Sequence record: PZ754631.1
Length of the DNA stretch: 51,438 nt
Strand: one strand, 5' to 3'
Source: a phage
This document shows positions 38,916-47,033 of this stretch, piece by piece; position 1 is the stretch's first letter, and each line of letters begins with the position of its first letter. The notes under the pieces were generated by a model that saw only the letters and a program-made list of their open reading frames with translations, did no database searches and was not told the origin of the DNA. The translations under genes and the position numbers were made by a program.

Positions 38916-39620
38916 TGCGTTTGCTTCAAAGACTGCGCGAGCAAAACCGCGCGGAGTGAGGGAGCGGATCATCTTTGTGCGAGATGATTTTCCGCCAGTT
39001 TTGGCCCAACCTGGATTATCCTTGTCGCCATCTTTAGGAATGATTGTTGCGCGCGGAGGAATAACAAATCCGTTTCCAGTCCAAAGGCATGTTTTCTTAA
39101 AGTACCGATCCCGCGCCGGAATAATATCAGGGAAGTCGGGATGCTTATCATCTTCCGGCAGATAGCCAGCATAATCGCACGGATGGAACGTATAATCAGG
39201 CTTTCGCCATAACGTTGACAACTTGCCAACCGGATTTTCGATCATGTAAGGAACACCGAAATAATCAGCTATATCAGCCGCGATCCTGCAAGTGTCGGCG
39301 GCCTCATCCTGGAATGATGGATTCTCAAGGCGCTTTTTGGCCCAATGGCGAGATCCGCTATTTGCAAGGTCGGTGCACGGCGGAAATGCCATAATAAAGT
39401 CAGGAATACCCCATTCCTCACAGCGCGCGCGGTGGTAAAATATTTCATCAATCCAGACGTTAACGTATTCGATATTCTCATGCTGTATGCGCACTGAGTG
39501 GTAATCACCGTGATCAGCATCATCGTAATTAAAGCAAATGCATTTATATCCAGCACCAGCCCAATCTTTAACGGCTTTACCAGATCCATCAAACAAAGAG
39601 AAAATTAAACCCTTATACAT
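38910..39620 (-). CDS. compact C5-cytosine methyltransferase-like protein
   Basis: motif I-like LFDGSG, motif IV-like FPPCTDLANSG (Cys present, Q replaced by T), motif VI-like ENPVG, motif IX-like LTPRGFARAV; 236 aa, no obvious target-recognition domain. Confidence 0.55.
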   Translation of the reverse strand: MYKGLIFSLFDGSGKAVKDWAGAGYKCICFNYDDADHGDYHSVRIQHENIEYVNVWIDEIFYHRARCEEWGIPDFIMAFPPCTDLANSGSRHWAKKRLENPSFQDEAADTCRIAADIADYFGVPYMIENPVGKLSTLWRKPDYTFHPCDYAGYLPEDDKHPDFPDIIPARDRYFKKTCLWTGNGFVIPPRATIIPKDGDKDNPGWAKTGGKSSRTKMIRSLTPRGFARAVFEANAK

Positions 39621-39629
39621 TTCATCACC

Positions 39630-39854
39630 TCAAAACGGAAAGCATCGTGGGCAGTTAGGATCGAAGTTGCAGCCGCAATCATTTACAATCATGGTTGGAT
39701 CTGCAAATGCAGCGCCGCATTCGTGATCCATATCCATTTCACCAAGCGCATCATCAAGCTTTCTGATCTTATATGCAACTTCAAGAGCGGCCTCTTTATT
39801 CAGCCCAGCATCTTCCGCTTTTTGCAGTCGCTCAAAAAATCCGTCCTGGCTCAT
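39630..39854 (-). CDS. hypothetical Cys-rich small protein
   Basis: 74 aa; C-terminal CGCNFDPNCPRC cluster. Confidence 0.5.
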   Translation of the reverse strand: MSQDGFFERLQKAEDAGLNKEAALEVAYKIRKLDDALGEMDMDHECGAAFADPTMIVNDCGCNFDPNCPRCFPF

Positions 39855-39973
39855 TTCATAAACTCCTTCATAAACTCCTTGATAACAATCAGAATAATAG
39901 CAATACCAGCAGTGACAACTAAAAGACCAACAAGGCCAATCATCACACCAAATAAAATATCAAGAAATTTCAT
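39851..39973 (-). CDS. small single-TM membrane peptide (~40 aa)
   Basis: below track threshold; RBS AGGTGA; hydrophobic core GVMIGLVGLLVVTAGIAIILIVI; TGA overlaps next ATG. Confidence 0.4.
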   Translation of the reverse strand: MKFLDILFGVMIGLVGLLVVTAGIAIILIVIKEFMKEFMK

Positions 39974-40022
39974 CATTATTATCACCTTTATTTAAAGGGA
40001 GGCGAAACCTCCCGTTTATTAA

Positions 40023-40250
40023 TTAGATAGCCTTCCAGCTTTCAATAAACATGCTGTTTTCTTCCAGCAGTTTAATCAATTCTTCGCGCGTATATTTGCG
40101 AATTTTACTACCTGGATGTGAGCCAACAACAAACACACCTTTACCACTCGTGATGGTTAACTGGTTGATTCCGCAAGATTTATCCATCTTGATGGCGACG
40201 CGGTGATGTGCATCAACAGTGTGCATTATGTTAGTGACTTTAGCTTTCAT
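40023..40250 (-). CDS. hypothetical protein
   Basis: 75 aa from MKAKV (RBS GAGGA, promoter module upstream); followed by hairpin. Confidence 0.5.
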   Translation of the reverse strand: MKAKVTNIMHTVDAHHRVAIKMDKSCGINQLTITSGKGVFVVGSHPGSKIRKYTREELIKLLEENSMFIESWKAI

Positions 40251-40281
40251 TATGCGATCCTCGTTCGTTGTCGATGCGCTT

Positions 40282-40326
40282 AATATACCAATCAGGCGCA
40301 TACCGGTTTTAACAAAAAGTGCTATT
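40282..40326 (-). promoter_or_regulatory. early promoter cassette (minus)
   Basis: minus strand motif, 19 bp, TATATT. Confidence 0.5.
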
Positions 40327-40612
40327 CAACAACAGATCCAGTTAAAGAGATAAGTGCTCTTGTGATCTTGTGTCTGCGATACTGCCGCGCAACAACCGGA
40401 AGATTTTCACCGCTTTGATGACCGAAGCAGATCGGCAACTCACCTTCAAGAGAGCGGAAGCCGCCAAATTCAAGATCCCGCACTGGCTTTGAGCGCCACG
40501 CTTCAATAAATCCGCGTTCGTCACGCGTGATATAGCGGTATATGTTCGGGAGGGGCAATTGTATCCCCTCAAAATCCACGGTATCGGTATAGCTGTAAAA
40601 CTTAGAACTCAT
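40322..40612 (-). CDS. hypothetical protein
   Basis: 96 aa; stop TAG in promoter motif. Confidence 0.5.
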   Translation of the reverse strand: MSSKFYSYTDTVDFEGIQLPLPNIYRYITRDERGFIEAWRSKPVRDLEFGGFRSLEGELPICFGHQSGENLPVVARQYRRHKITRALISLTGSVVE

Positions 40613-40754
40613 AGTCAACAACTCCAAATTCGTTTACGATTTGCGCCTTATAGAAGCCGCCATTTTTCGCCAGGTTATAACATGCCGCTACAGTTTCAAA
40701 TTCGCGCACTTCCGGCTGGCTGTTTTCGTGTTCCCAGGTAATCAGAGTAACCAT
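40602..40754 (-). CDS. hypothetical small protein
   Basis: 50 aa from MVTL; track start rejected because it covers the promoter -10. Confidence 0.4.
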   Translation of the reverse strand: MVTLITWEHENSQPEVREFETVAACYNLAKNGGFYKAQIVNEFGVVDYEF

Positions 40755-40787
40755 TTTCAAATCCTCGCATTCGTTTTCGATGTGTGT

Positions 40788-40831
40788 AATGTACAGGAAC
40801 ACGAGGATTGAGTTTTAACAAAAAGTGCTAT
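40788..40831 (-). promoter_or_regulatory. early promoter cassette (minus)
   Basis: minus strand motif, 19 bp, TACATT. Confidence 0.5.
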
Positions 40832-41098
40832 TTAGTCCAGGAATTCGATTTCACGTTCTCCAGTTGAAGGATTTACAAGCCAGAATCCGAGCGGTTCGCC
40901 GTAAATACCGCCATAGAATCCAAGCGCCGCCAGATCTTCACCGTTAACAAAGGCCAGATTCCCGCTACGGCTTACGTGCGACACGTTGACGATAGCCGGA
41001 AAGGTGCGTTTTTTAAAATCAGGCCGCAGGGCGTAACATCCATTGTTAAGCAGTCGTGCTTTGCGTTTTACTGGAATAGGTGCATTGATTCGCGCCAT
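40832..41098 (-). CDS. hypothetical protein
   Basis: 88 aa; RBS AAGGAGA. Confidence 0.55.
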   Translation of the reverse strand: MARINAPIPVKRKARLLNNGCYALRPDFKKRTFPAIVNVSHVSRSGNLAFVNGEDLAALGFYGGIYGEPLGFWLVNPSTGEREIEFLD

Positions 41099-41113
41099 CT
41101 TTATTTCTCCTTA

Positions 41114-41386
41114 TTAATCATCTTCAAGCGGATCGTAATCATCAACCACAAAATCAAGCGGGGAATAGTTATCAACCTCAAAGTCAATACATTTTGCCTG
41201 TTCATCACAGTTAGATGTTTCAATCAAATATTCACCGTAATGATCTGGATCATCAAGCCTGGTAACAATGACGCGCGTCATGTGTCGCCCACATCCGTAA
41301 CGATCTGCAAGGTGATCTCGCTGTACGCTAAATCCGTTTTTATATGCGCGTTCAAGCGCGTTTCGTAATGCTTCGTGCTTAACCAT
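41114..41386 (-). CDS. hypothetical protein with acidic C-terminus
   Basis: 90 aa from MVKHEAL; C-terminal DFVVDDYDPLEDD. Confidence 0.5.
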   Translation of the reverse strand: MVKHEALRNALERAYKNGFSVQRDHLADRYGCGRHMTRVIVTRLDDPDHYGEYLIETSNCDEQAKCIDFEVDNYSPLDFVVDDYDPLEDD

Positions 41387-41618
41387 GTTTAACGATCTCC
41401 AGAACATCACAGGACTCGTTAATGAATTTAGCCATACGTTTATCATCACCAACAGGGATTAGCGCATTACACTCGCGTTTGCTACTGAATACCGTCACTT
41501 TATGAAACGATGCGAACGGCATCGACGGGAACTCGACTGTTTTCGTCAAGATCCGCAATCCAATCTTTTTGGCCCTTACCTGGGCCTCTGCAAGTTCAAA
41601 ATCCACTTCATCAATCAT
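41379..41618 (-). CDS. hypothetical protein
   Basis: 79 aa; ATGA coupling to upstream gene. Confidence 0.5.
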   Translation of the reverse strand: MIDEVDFELAEAQVRAKKIGLRILTKTVEFPSMPFASFHKVTVFSSKRECNALIPVGDDKRMAKFINESCDVLEIVKHG

Positions 41619-41887
41619 TTCTTGATCTCCTCAGCAATAAACTTCAGGACTTTGCGCAAAAACACTTCATTATTGATGGTCGCTGGCAATTCCTCTTTCA
41701 CTTCTTGCGGCAGATAGATATTGCCGTGCCAGGTTAAGCAATCGTAATTGATGCGATAAGAGCAAAGCCACTCGCAATCGTTATCCGCTTCCCAAATGCA
41801 GAGTTGCAGAACATCGCCAAAATTCTCAACAGTCAGGTCCAGACCATGACGCTTGGCGAAATTGAAAGTGGTTTTGCTGATGTTCAT
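41615..41887 (-). CDS. hypothetical protein (first gene of leftward early arm)
   Basis: 90 aa; RBS AGGAGAAAG; promoter module immediately upstream. Confidence 0.55.
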   Translation of the reverse strand: MNISKTTFNFAKRHGLDLTVENFGDVLQLCIWEADNDCEWLCSYRINYDCLTWHGNIYLPQEVKEELPATINNEVFLRKVLKFIAEEIKK

Positions 41888-41925
41888 TTGCTTTCTCCTG
41901 ATGGGTATCTCGTTTCGATGTGTCT

Positions 41926-41971
41926 AATGTACCCGATCAGGATGATTCAGTTTTAACAAAAAGTGCTATTT
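41926..41971 (-). promoter_or_regulatory. early promoter cassette (minus), first of leftward arm
   Basis: minus strand motif, 19 bp, TACATT; RBS and ATG of gene 41887. Confidence 0.5.
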
Positions 41972-41982
41972 CTCAACTGGCG

Positions 41983-42024
41983 ATTATTCCAACTATTCCA
42001 TTAATCAGGAATAACAAGAATAAC
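41983..42024. promoter_or_regulatory. operator-like nested inverted repeat in non-coding hub
   Basis: ATTATTCC-AAC-TATTCC-ATTAATCA-GGAATA-ACAA-GAATAAC; half-sites TATTCC/GGAATA duplicated around an ATTAAT centre. Confidence 0.4.
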
Positions 42025-42249
42025 TCATTCGCGATCACCTGGATTGTGAGACTTTGAGTTTGGTCAATTTTAATCAAGTGATTAACTTTTTGTGTGGAGG
42101 GGATAGAGAAACGCGGTCCTCTTGCATCCTTTCCGGCATTCCTGGCGCGCAACATGTTCATTATGTTTCCAGCCGTTCACGCAAATAAGCCTCCGCAGTT
42201 CTTCTACGTTTCATGCCGTCATGCACACAAAAGAAACAAAGTAAAATCT

Positions 42250-42325
42250 ATATAAATACACATTAAATCAATAAGTTAGTTATATATGTATTTATATTTG
42301 TTTCTTATTGTTCTTGTTGTGTGAT
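42250..42325 (+). repeat. ~75 bp AT-rich element with IHF-consensus core, copy 2
   Basis: same 16-mer at 42265-42280 and ~80% identity over flanks to copy 1, same orientation. Confidence 0.6.
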
Positions 42326-42569
42326 GGTTATTGGTATATGTTGCGATTTTTGTTTTGGTGGATATTGATTGTTTATTGTTCGATTTGGTTGGTGATCATG
42401 ATTGCTCATGGTCGCGTATGATTCTTGATGTATTTATGTATATATCCGCGAAAATTCGTGAACAGCCACACAGCCAAAAAACATGACGAGGATTCTTTTA
42501 AAATCATGCGCTTAAGTGTGAATTTTGTTTCCGCGCAATCTCCACACGTATAGCAAACAATTAGAACGC

Positions 42570-42599
42570 TTGACATAGACACGACGCGGTGGCAACATT
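42570..42599 (+). promoter_or_regulatory. candidate rightward early promoter (consensus -35)
   Basis: perfect TTGACA followed 17-18 bp later by weak AACATT; ~40 nt upstream of gene 42638. Confidence 0.35.
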
Positions 42600-42637
42600 G
42601 CAATCACCAACAAACAAGGCAAATAGGAGTTACACTC

Positions 42638-43096
42638 ATGACTATGACAAGTAAAGAATTTTGCGATATGTTGCGAGTCAATGCAGCCTCACTAGCTAAC
42701 GGTGATGTTAGCGAACTGCAAATCAAGGAGCTTGACTTGCAATGTAATATTGCGCCGGAAGACTTGAGGAAAATTAACGCCTCATACATCAGAACGATTA
42801 TGAATCGAACGCCGGAGGTGAAGGCTGTTGGCGCGGTGAAGGTTGAACGCGTTCGAGGTGATGCGGATATTCCTGATTGTTATCGCGTAACCATTAACAA
42901 GAATCCAAAGCGCCGCTTGCTGACAGATGAAGAATTGCCAAAACTTGAAAGCAAGTGGCGAGCAAAGTTTATTGCTCAACTGCTTAAAACACAGCCGCGA
43001 ATCAGCGATCTGGAAGGTGAGCGCCTGGAAGGTGCAGCAATCGCACTTGAGCGAATGAATGAAATGCTTAACGAGATGGTAAAGATGGAGGATTAA
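42638..43096 (+). CDS. hypothetical protein (first gene of rightward early arm)
   Basis: 152 aa; RBS AGGAG; downstream of consensus TTGACA box. Confidence 0.55.
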   Translation: MTMTSKEFCDMLRVNAASLANGDVSELQIKELDLQCNIAPEDLRKINASYIRTIMNRTPEVKAVGAVKVERVRGDADIPDCYRVTINKNPKRRLLTDEELPKLESKWRAKFIAQLLKTQPRISDLEGERLEGAAIALERMNEMLNEMVKMED

Positions 43097-43098
43097 TT

Positions 43099-43362
43099 AT
43101 GGTTATGATGAAAATTCGCAAAGCAACAGATGATTTCATTCGCAGTAATGCGGAAAGCGGTCGCCTGTATGTTGCATTCGTGGAACGCAAGAGAAAGCGC
43201 GGAAAGATCGTTGCGACTGAGCGGTTATTCAAGATGAAGCCGAGAAATGAATGCGAATGCAAAAAGGATTCCGGTTTTTACTTCGGATGCTGTTGCAGCA
43301 CGATAGAAAACGCGCGAATGCTTATAGATGAAGGAAAAGTATACTTCAATCCGGCAGAATAG
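43099..43362 (+). CDS. hypothetical Cys-rich protein
   Basis: 87 aa; CECKK...GCCCS cluster; stop TAG embedded in promoter motif. Confidence 0.5.
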   Translation: MVMMKIRKATDDFIRSNAESGRLYVAFVERKRKRGKIVATERLFKMKPRNECECKKDSGFYFGCCCSTIENARMLIDEGKVYFNPAE

Positions 43363-43402
43363 CACTTTTTGTTAAAACGCCAGGCGCAAAGCCTGGCATA
43401 AT
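43358..43402 (+). promoter_or_regulatory. early promoter cassette (stop codon embedded)
   Basis: AATAGCACTTTTTGTTAAAAC, 19 bp hairpin GCCAGG..CCTGGC, TG-n-CATAAT. Confidence 0.55.
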
Positions 43403-43434
43403 AGCCTCATCGAAACGAGATTGAGGAAAACAAA

Positions 43435-43620
43435 ATGGCACGTCGCATCACCAAAGACCTTAAAGTTCTGAACAAAGAAAACGTAGTTAAAATCCTGGTC
43501 ATCTGGGGATACAACGAAGAAACAGCAAAGCAGAAGGTAGAGGCAGGTTATGACCTGGCTGTAAAAGCAATGCCAAACGACGACGCCAAAGGCATTGCAA
43601 ACTATGTAGCTTTCTTTTAA
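43435..43620 (+). CDS. hypothetical protein
   Basis: 61 aa; promoter module and RBS GAGGA upstream. Confidence 0.5.
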   Translation: MARRITKDLKVLNKENVVKILVIWGYNEETAKQKVEAGYDLAVKAMPNDDAKGIANYVAFF

Positions 43621-43635
43621 TTAGCAGGTGAATAA

Positions 43636-43821
43636 ATGAAAACGAAATTAGTCCATAAATCAGAAATCAAGATCGGCGATACTGTAATTCACAACGGCGA
43701 GCTTAGAACTGTTGGCAAAGAGTCAATAAGCCACGATGAATTTATGGGGATCTTGTTGTTCGGTGACTCTTATCGGTTGGGCTATAAAATGGTTGAGCTT
43801 GTGGAAGAGGTCAAATTCTAA
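43636..43821 (+). CDS. hypothetical protein
   Basis: 61 aa; RBS AGGTGA. Confidence 0.5.
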   Translation: MKTKLVHKSEIKIGDTVIHNGELRTVGKESISHDEFMGILLFGDSYRLGYKMVELVEEVKF

Positions 43822-43865
43822 ATAGCACTTTTTGTTAAAACGCCAATCTGAAAACCTGGCATAAT
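43820..43865 (+). promoter_or_regulatory. early promoter cassette
   Basis: AATAGCACTTTTTGTTAAAAC, 19 bp, CATAAT. Confidence 0.5.
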
Positions 43866-43906
43866 GCATCACATAGGGCGGCACGGGCCGCAGTAACGAG
43901 GATAAT

Positions 43907-44092
43907 ATGATGAAATGCTTCACCACAAAAACAGAATGCGAAACCTATATCAAATCCCAATATGGGGAATGTGCCTTTCAGGTTGGCGTAATATTCGCCT
44001 ATCGCGTCAAGCCAATCGAAGCGAAGGCTTTTGGCGACCTGGTTGAAGGTTCATACATGGCCAGTAACGAGTTCGACGAGGTAACGCGTTGA
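43907..44092 (+). CDS. hypothetical protein
   Basis: 61 aa; promoter module upstream. Confidence 0.5.
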   Translation: MMKCFTTKTECETYIKSQYGECAFQVGVIFAYRVKPIEAKAFGDLVEGSYMASNEFDEVTR

Positions 44093-44301
44093 TGAACTAC
44101 ATCCCAAAATGCCTCAGGGGGACACCTAAGGCAAAAACGAAGCCGCGCAGGCAGGCGATAAAGGAAGCCCAAGTGGCGGCGTTCAATCAGGCAATTAGCG
44201 TCGTGCTGGACAAGTGCCGAATTGAAAAATCTGAAAGAATGAAAGCGAACATGTACGCCGCAGTAAGCGAAATAGCGCGACTGCGAGACAGTGTTAAATA
44301 G
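44089..44301 (+). CDS. hypothetical basic protein
   Basis: 70 aa; coupled start; followed by GC hairpin. Confidence 0.5.
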   Translation: MMNYIPKCLRGTPKAKTKPRRQAIKEAQVAAFNQAISVVLDKCRIEKSERMKANMYAAVSEIARLRDSVK

Positions 44302-44356
44302 CCAACCATGCCCCACTTCACGTGGGGCCAATAACTAATAACAGAGGTAAAATCCT

Positions 44357-44402
44357 GAATAGCATTTTTTGTTAAAACTCAAAAACGATAACCAGGCATA
44401 AT
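44357..44402 (+). promoter_or_regulatory. early promoter cassette
   Basis: GAATAGCATTTTTTGTTAAAAC, 19 bp, CATAAT. Confidence 0.5.
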
Positions 44403-44456
44403 AAATCACATAGGGCGGCACGGCGTCGCCCACAAAACCAATCAGGAGAAAGCACC

Positions 44457-45362
44457 ATGTTAAAACTTGCTAACATTAAATTCCCGATCACTTTCCAATC
44501 TCGCGGCGTTGGTCACTTCATGTTTTCAGACGAAAATACATGCACTAAGTTTAACGAATACGGCAAGCCTGATGTTTCAACAATGGAGATTGAGCACTTC
44601 ATTGATGCGCATAACAGGCACTACAACTCACTCAAAGACTACGGCTATGCAATGCCAGGCTACACTTGCTTGCACTATAAGCCATACAGGGGCCAGGTGT
44701 TACCAGTTCGCTCACCAGAACGCGCAGAGATTCCGGCGGTCGAGATGAAAACCTGCGACTATAAAAAATTGTGGTGCTTAAGCGTGGATAACATCAAGTA
44801 TCCGATCGTATTCCACACTGTTGGTTACTCAACGATTCGTTATACGTCACCAGACAACGGCGTTTATAGCGATGGTCAGAAATCAGATTTTAAAGTTGAT
44901 TTCTTTGTTGATGCTCATAACAAATTCAATCCGCACAACGAAAAGGATAAAGTGTATTACGTGGAAGATATTACTAAACACTTGTTTGGAGAAACTCCAT
45001 TCGGCGGCGGGAAGACGTCTATTGCTCAGGCTATAGATAACGTTGCGCGACGTATTGGTGAGCAGATTCACAGTCAAACAATTAAGGCGTCCGGAGGCTG
45101 GCGTATTGATAAGAGCGGCATTGCCTGTCAAGAAATCGTAACGCAGGGCGCGATTGAAGACATGCCGCTTGGCGCCACGCTAAAAGGCGTCCAAATTGCG
45201 GATGGCACATGGTTTGAATTAACGGCTAAGCCAAAGACGATCGAGATTCATGATGACGTTGTTATTCTTCTTCTTCACTATGGCAGCGCGAAAAACCGGA
45301 CTGTTGCAGGTGAGATAAGCATCAAGCGCGGAACGATGGTTAAGTGGAACGTCAAAGTGTAA
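44457..45362 (+). CDS. hypothetical protein with internal tandem domain duplication
   Basis: 301 aa; N-terminal and central segments are homologous (NIKFPITF...FIDAHNRHYN vs NIKYPIVF...FVDAHNKFNP). Confidence 0.6.
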   Translation: MLKLANIKFPITFQSRGVGHFMFSDENTCTKFNEYGKPDVSTMEIEHFIDAHNRHYNSLKDYGYAMPGYTCLHYKPYRGQVLPVRSPERAEIPAVEMKTCDYKKLWCLSVDNIKYPIVFHTVGYSTIRYTSPDNGVYSDGQKSDFKVDFFVDAHNKFNPHNEKDKVYYVEDITKHLFGETPFGGGKTSIAQAIDNVARRIGEQIHSQTIKASGGWRIDKSGIACQEIVTQGAIEDMPLGATLKGVQIADGTWFELTAKPKTIEIHDDVVILLLHYGSAKNRTVAGEISIKRGTMVKWNVKV

Positions 45363-45405
45363 ATAGCACGAATTGTTAAAACTCAAATGTGGGGTCAGGT
45401 ATAAT
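45361..45405 (+). promoter_or_regulatory. early promoter cassette
   Basis: AAATAGCACGAATTGTTAAAAC, 18 bp, TATAAT. Confidence 0.5.
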
Positions 45406-45434
45406 GGCCTCACTTTCAACGAAGGGGATAAACG

Positions 45435-45680
45435 ATGATTATTGAACAGCATTTTCTTTGCGTTAAGAGCAATAGACCATTCTTCACACCTGGCAAGGTG
45501 TACCAGGGCAAGAAGAATGGCAAGGACGGTCATTCTTATCACGTCCATTGCAATAACGGTAGCAAGTTCTACCTGAATGGATGCGGCGGCACTAAGATTA
45601 TGGCATTTGATCACGTAATTGCTGAATTTGAGCAAATCACCGACGCTGAATTTGAGGAAGTGAAAGATGGAAACAAATAA
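45435..45680 (+). CDS. hypothetical protein
   Basis: 81 aa; promoter module and RBS upstream. Confidence 0.5.
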   Translation: MIIEQHFLCVKSNRPFFTPGKVYQGKKNGKDGHSYHVHCNNGSKFYLNGCGGTKIMAFDHVIAEFEQITDAEFEEVKDGNK

Positions 45681-45888
45681 TCGCGTTAAGCACAAGTTTA
45701 TTGATAATCATGGCGATGCACTTGAGGTATATAAGTTTGGCGATCGCGTGTTTATTGATGGCACGTTTGAAGGTGGGCGCAGGCCGGATTTTAGGTCGAT
45801 ACTCACTATTGACCAGGTGCGCAAGCTGGCGGATAAGTTAAATGATCTGGCAGATGAAATCGAATACAAGCAAATTCATTTTAATTGA
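45667..45888 (+). CDS. hypothetical protein
   Basis: 73 aa; overlapping start. Confidence 0.5.
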   Translation: METNNRVKHKFIDNHGDALEVYKFGDRVFIDGTFEGGRRPDFRSILTIDQVRKLADKLNDLADEIEYKQIHFN

Positions 45889-45899
45889 TAGGTTTGATA

Positions 45900-46541
45900 A
45901 TGAAAAAATACGAATTTGAACTTTTGGGCAGCAAATACCATTTTTCCACGAGCAAGCCGATTGTTATCGTTGACCTGGACGGAACGTTATCAGACGGAAC
46001 GCATCGCTTGCACCTGCTTCCGACAGAAGATTTGCACCTTACAGAAAGTTGGTCTGAGTTCAATAAGGCGGCTGTTGGCGATTCGCCGATTAAGAGCACG
46101 GTTGCAGTGGTTAACGGATTGTGGATGTCGGGATTTGCTATCGTTATCCTGACCGGACGCAGCGATGAAGTGATGGCGGATACCTGCAAATGGCTTAACG
46201 AAAACGGCATCAAGCACGATGCGTTAATCATGCGCCGCAAGGAAGACAACCGAAAAGACACAATCATCAAAGAAGAAGTCTTGCGCGCTATTGGACTGGA
46301 AAACATTGTGTGCGCTTTTGATGATTCGCCAAACGTGGTTAAGCACTTCCGAAGCCTGGGAATCACAACCTATCAGGTCACGGAATACGACAAGCCACAC
46401 GCTCACCTGAAATCTCACGGCGTGGATGAATTGAAGCCAAAAATCGAATGCGAAGGAGAGCACTGTTTTAGTGTGGTTGATGGTAAATGTTTGCGTTGCG
46501 GCGTGGAGGAATTGAAAAATGATGCAATCAACAGTGATTAA
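45900..46541 (+). CDS. HAD-family phosphatase with C-terminal zinc ribbon (PNK 3'-phosphatase-like)
   Basis: HAD motif I VIVDLDGTL; C-terminal CEGEHC...CLRCG. Confidence 0.6.
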   Translation: MKKYEFELLGSKYHFSTSKPIVIVDLDGTLSDGTHRLHLLPTEDLHLTESWSEFNKAAVGDSPIKSTVAVVNGLWMSGFAIVILTGRSDEVMADTCKWLNENGIKHDALIMRRKEDNRKDTIIKEEVLRAIGLENIVCAFDDSPNVVKHFRSLGITTYQVTEYDKPHAHLKSHGVDELKPKIECEGEHCFSVVDGKCLRCGVEELKNDAINSD

Positions 46542-46698
46542 ATTCCTGGGTAGTGACTGCGAGGAAGTCAACGAATGTTTCACCGCTGGCAAGCGTTATC
46601 ATGCCGATGTGTCGAGTGCTGGCAATTACTTTGTGTACGACGACCACGGCAGCACCTGGGCCATTGATCCAGATGATGATGATTTTTCGGTTGAATAG
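46519..46698 (+). CDS. hypothetical small acidic protein (59 aa)
   Basis: below track threshold; RBS GGAGG; stop TAG embedded in promoter motif, as for other early genes. Confidence 0.45.
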   Translation: MMQSTVIKFLGSDCEEVNECFTAGKRYHADVSSAGNYFVYDDHGSTWAIDPDDDDFSVE

Positions 46699-46738
46699 CA
46701 CTTTTTGCAAAAACAGATTATCGGGCTTGCGGTATAGT
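46695..46738 (+). promoter_or_regulatory. early promoter cassette
   Basis: AATAGCACTTTTTGCAAAAAC, 19 bp, TATAGT. Confidence 0.5.
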
Positions 46739-46769
46739 AAGCCCATCAACAACAAACGAGGATTAAATC

Positions 46770-47033
46770 ATGGTTAATAAAGTTGAGTTTTTCAAAGCGG
46801 TAGACAAGATTGACGGCGAGCCAAGTTTCTTTGCTATCCATTCCATTGACCGAGAAGACGTTGCATACAACGTGATTAATAAAAAAGGTATATCAAAACT
46901 TAGTGACCTGGTTGGTTATATTGTGGCAAACGGGAAATGTGCATGGCCCGATTCTCCACGAGAGCCGCGCCGCCGCGACATGCAAAATCCAGTTCTGCTT
47001 TACACGCTGGTAATTGAAGGAGTCAACAAATGA
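46770..47033 (+). CDS. hypothetical protein
   Basis: 87 aa; promoter module and RBS upstream. Confidence 0.5.
   Translation: MVNKVEFFKAVDKIDGEPSFFAIHSIDREDVAYNVINKKGISKLSDLVGYIVANGKCAWPDSPREPRRRDMQNPVLLYTLVIEGVNK

Noticed and set aside
41973-42161. 62-aa minus-strand ORF within the non-coding hub
   Set aside because: No convincing RBS or promoter cassette, unlike every neighbouring early gene; the region is better explained as regulatory or origin DNA.
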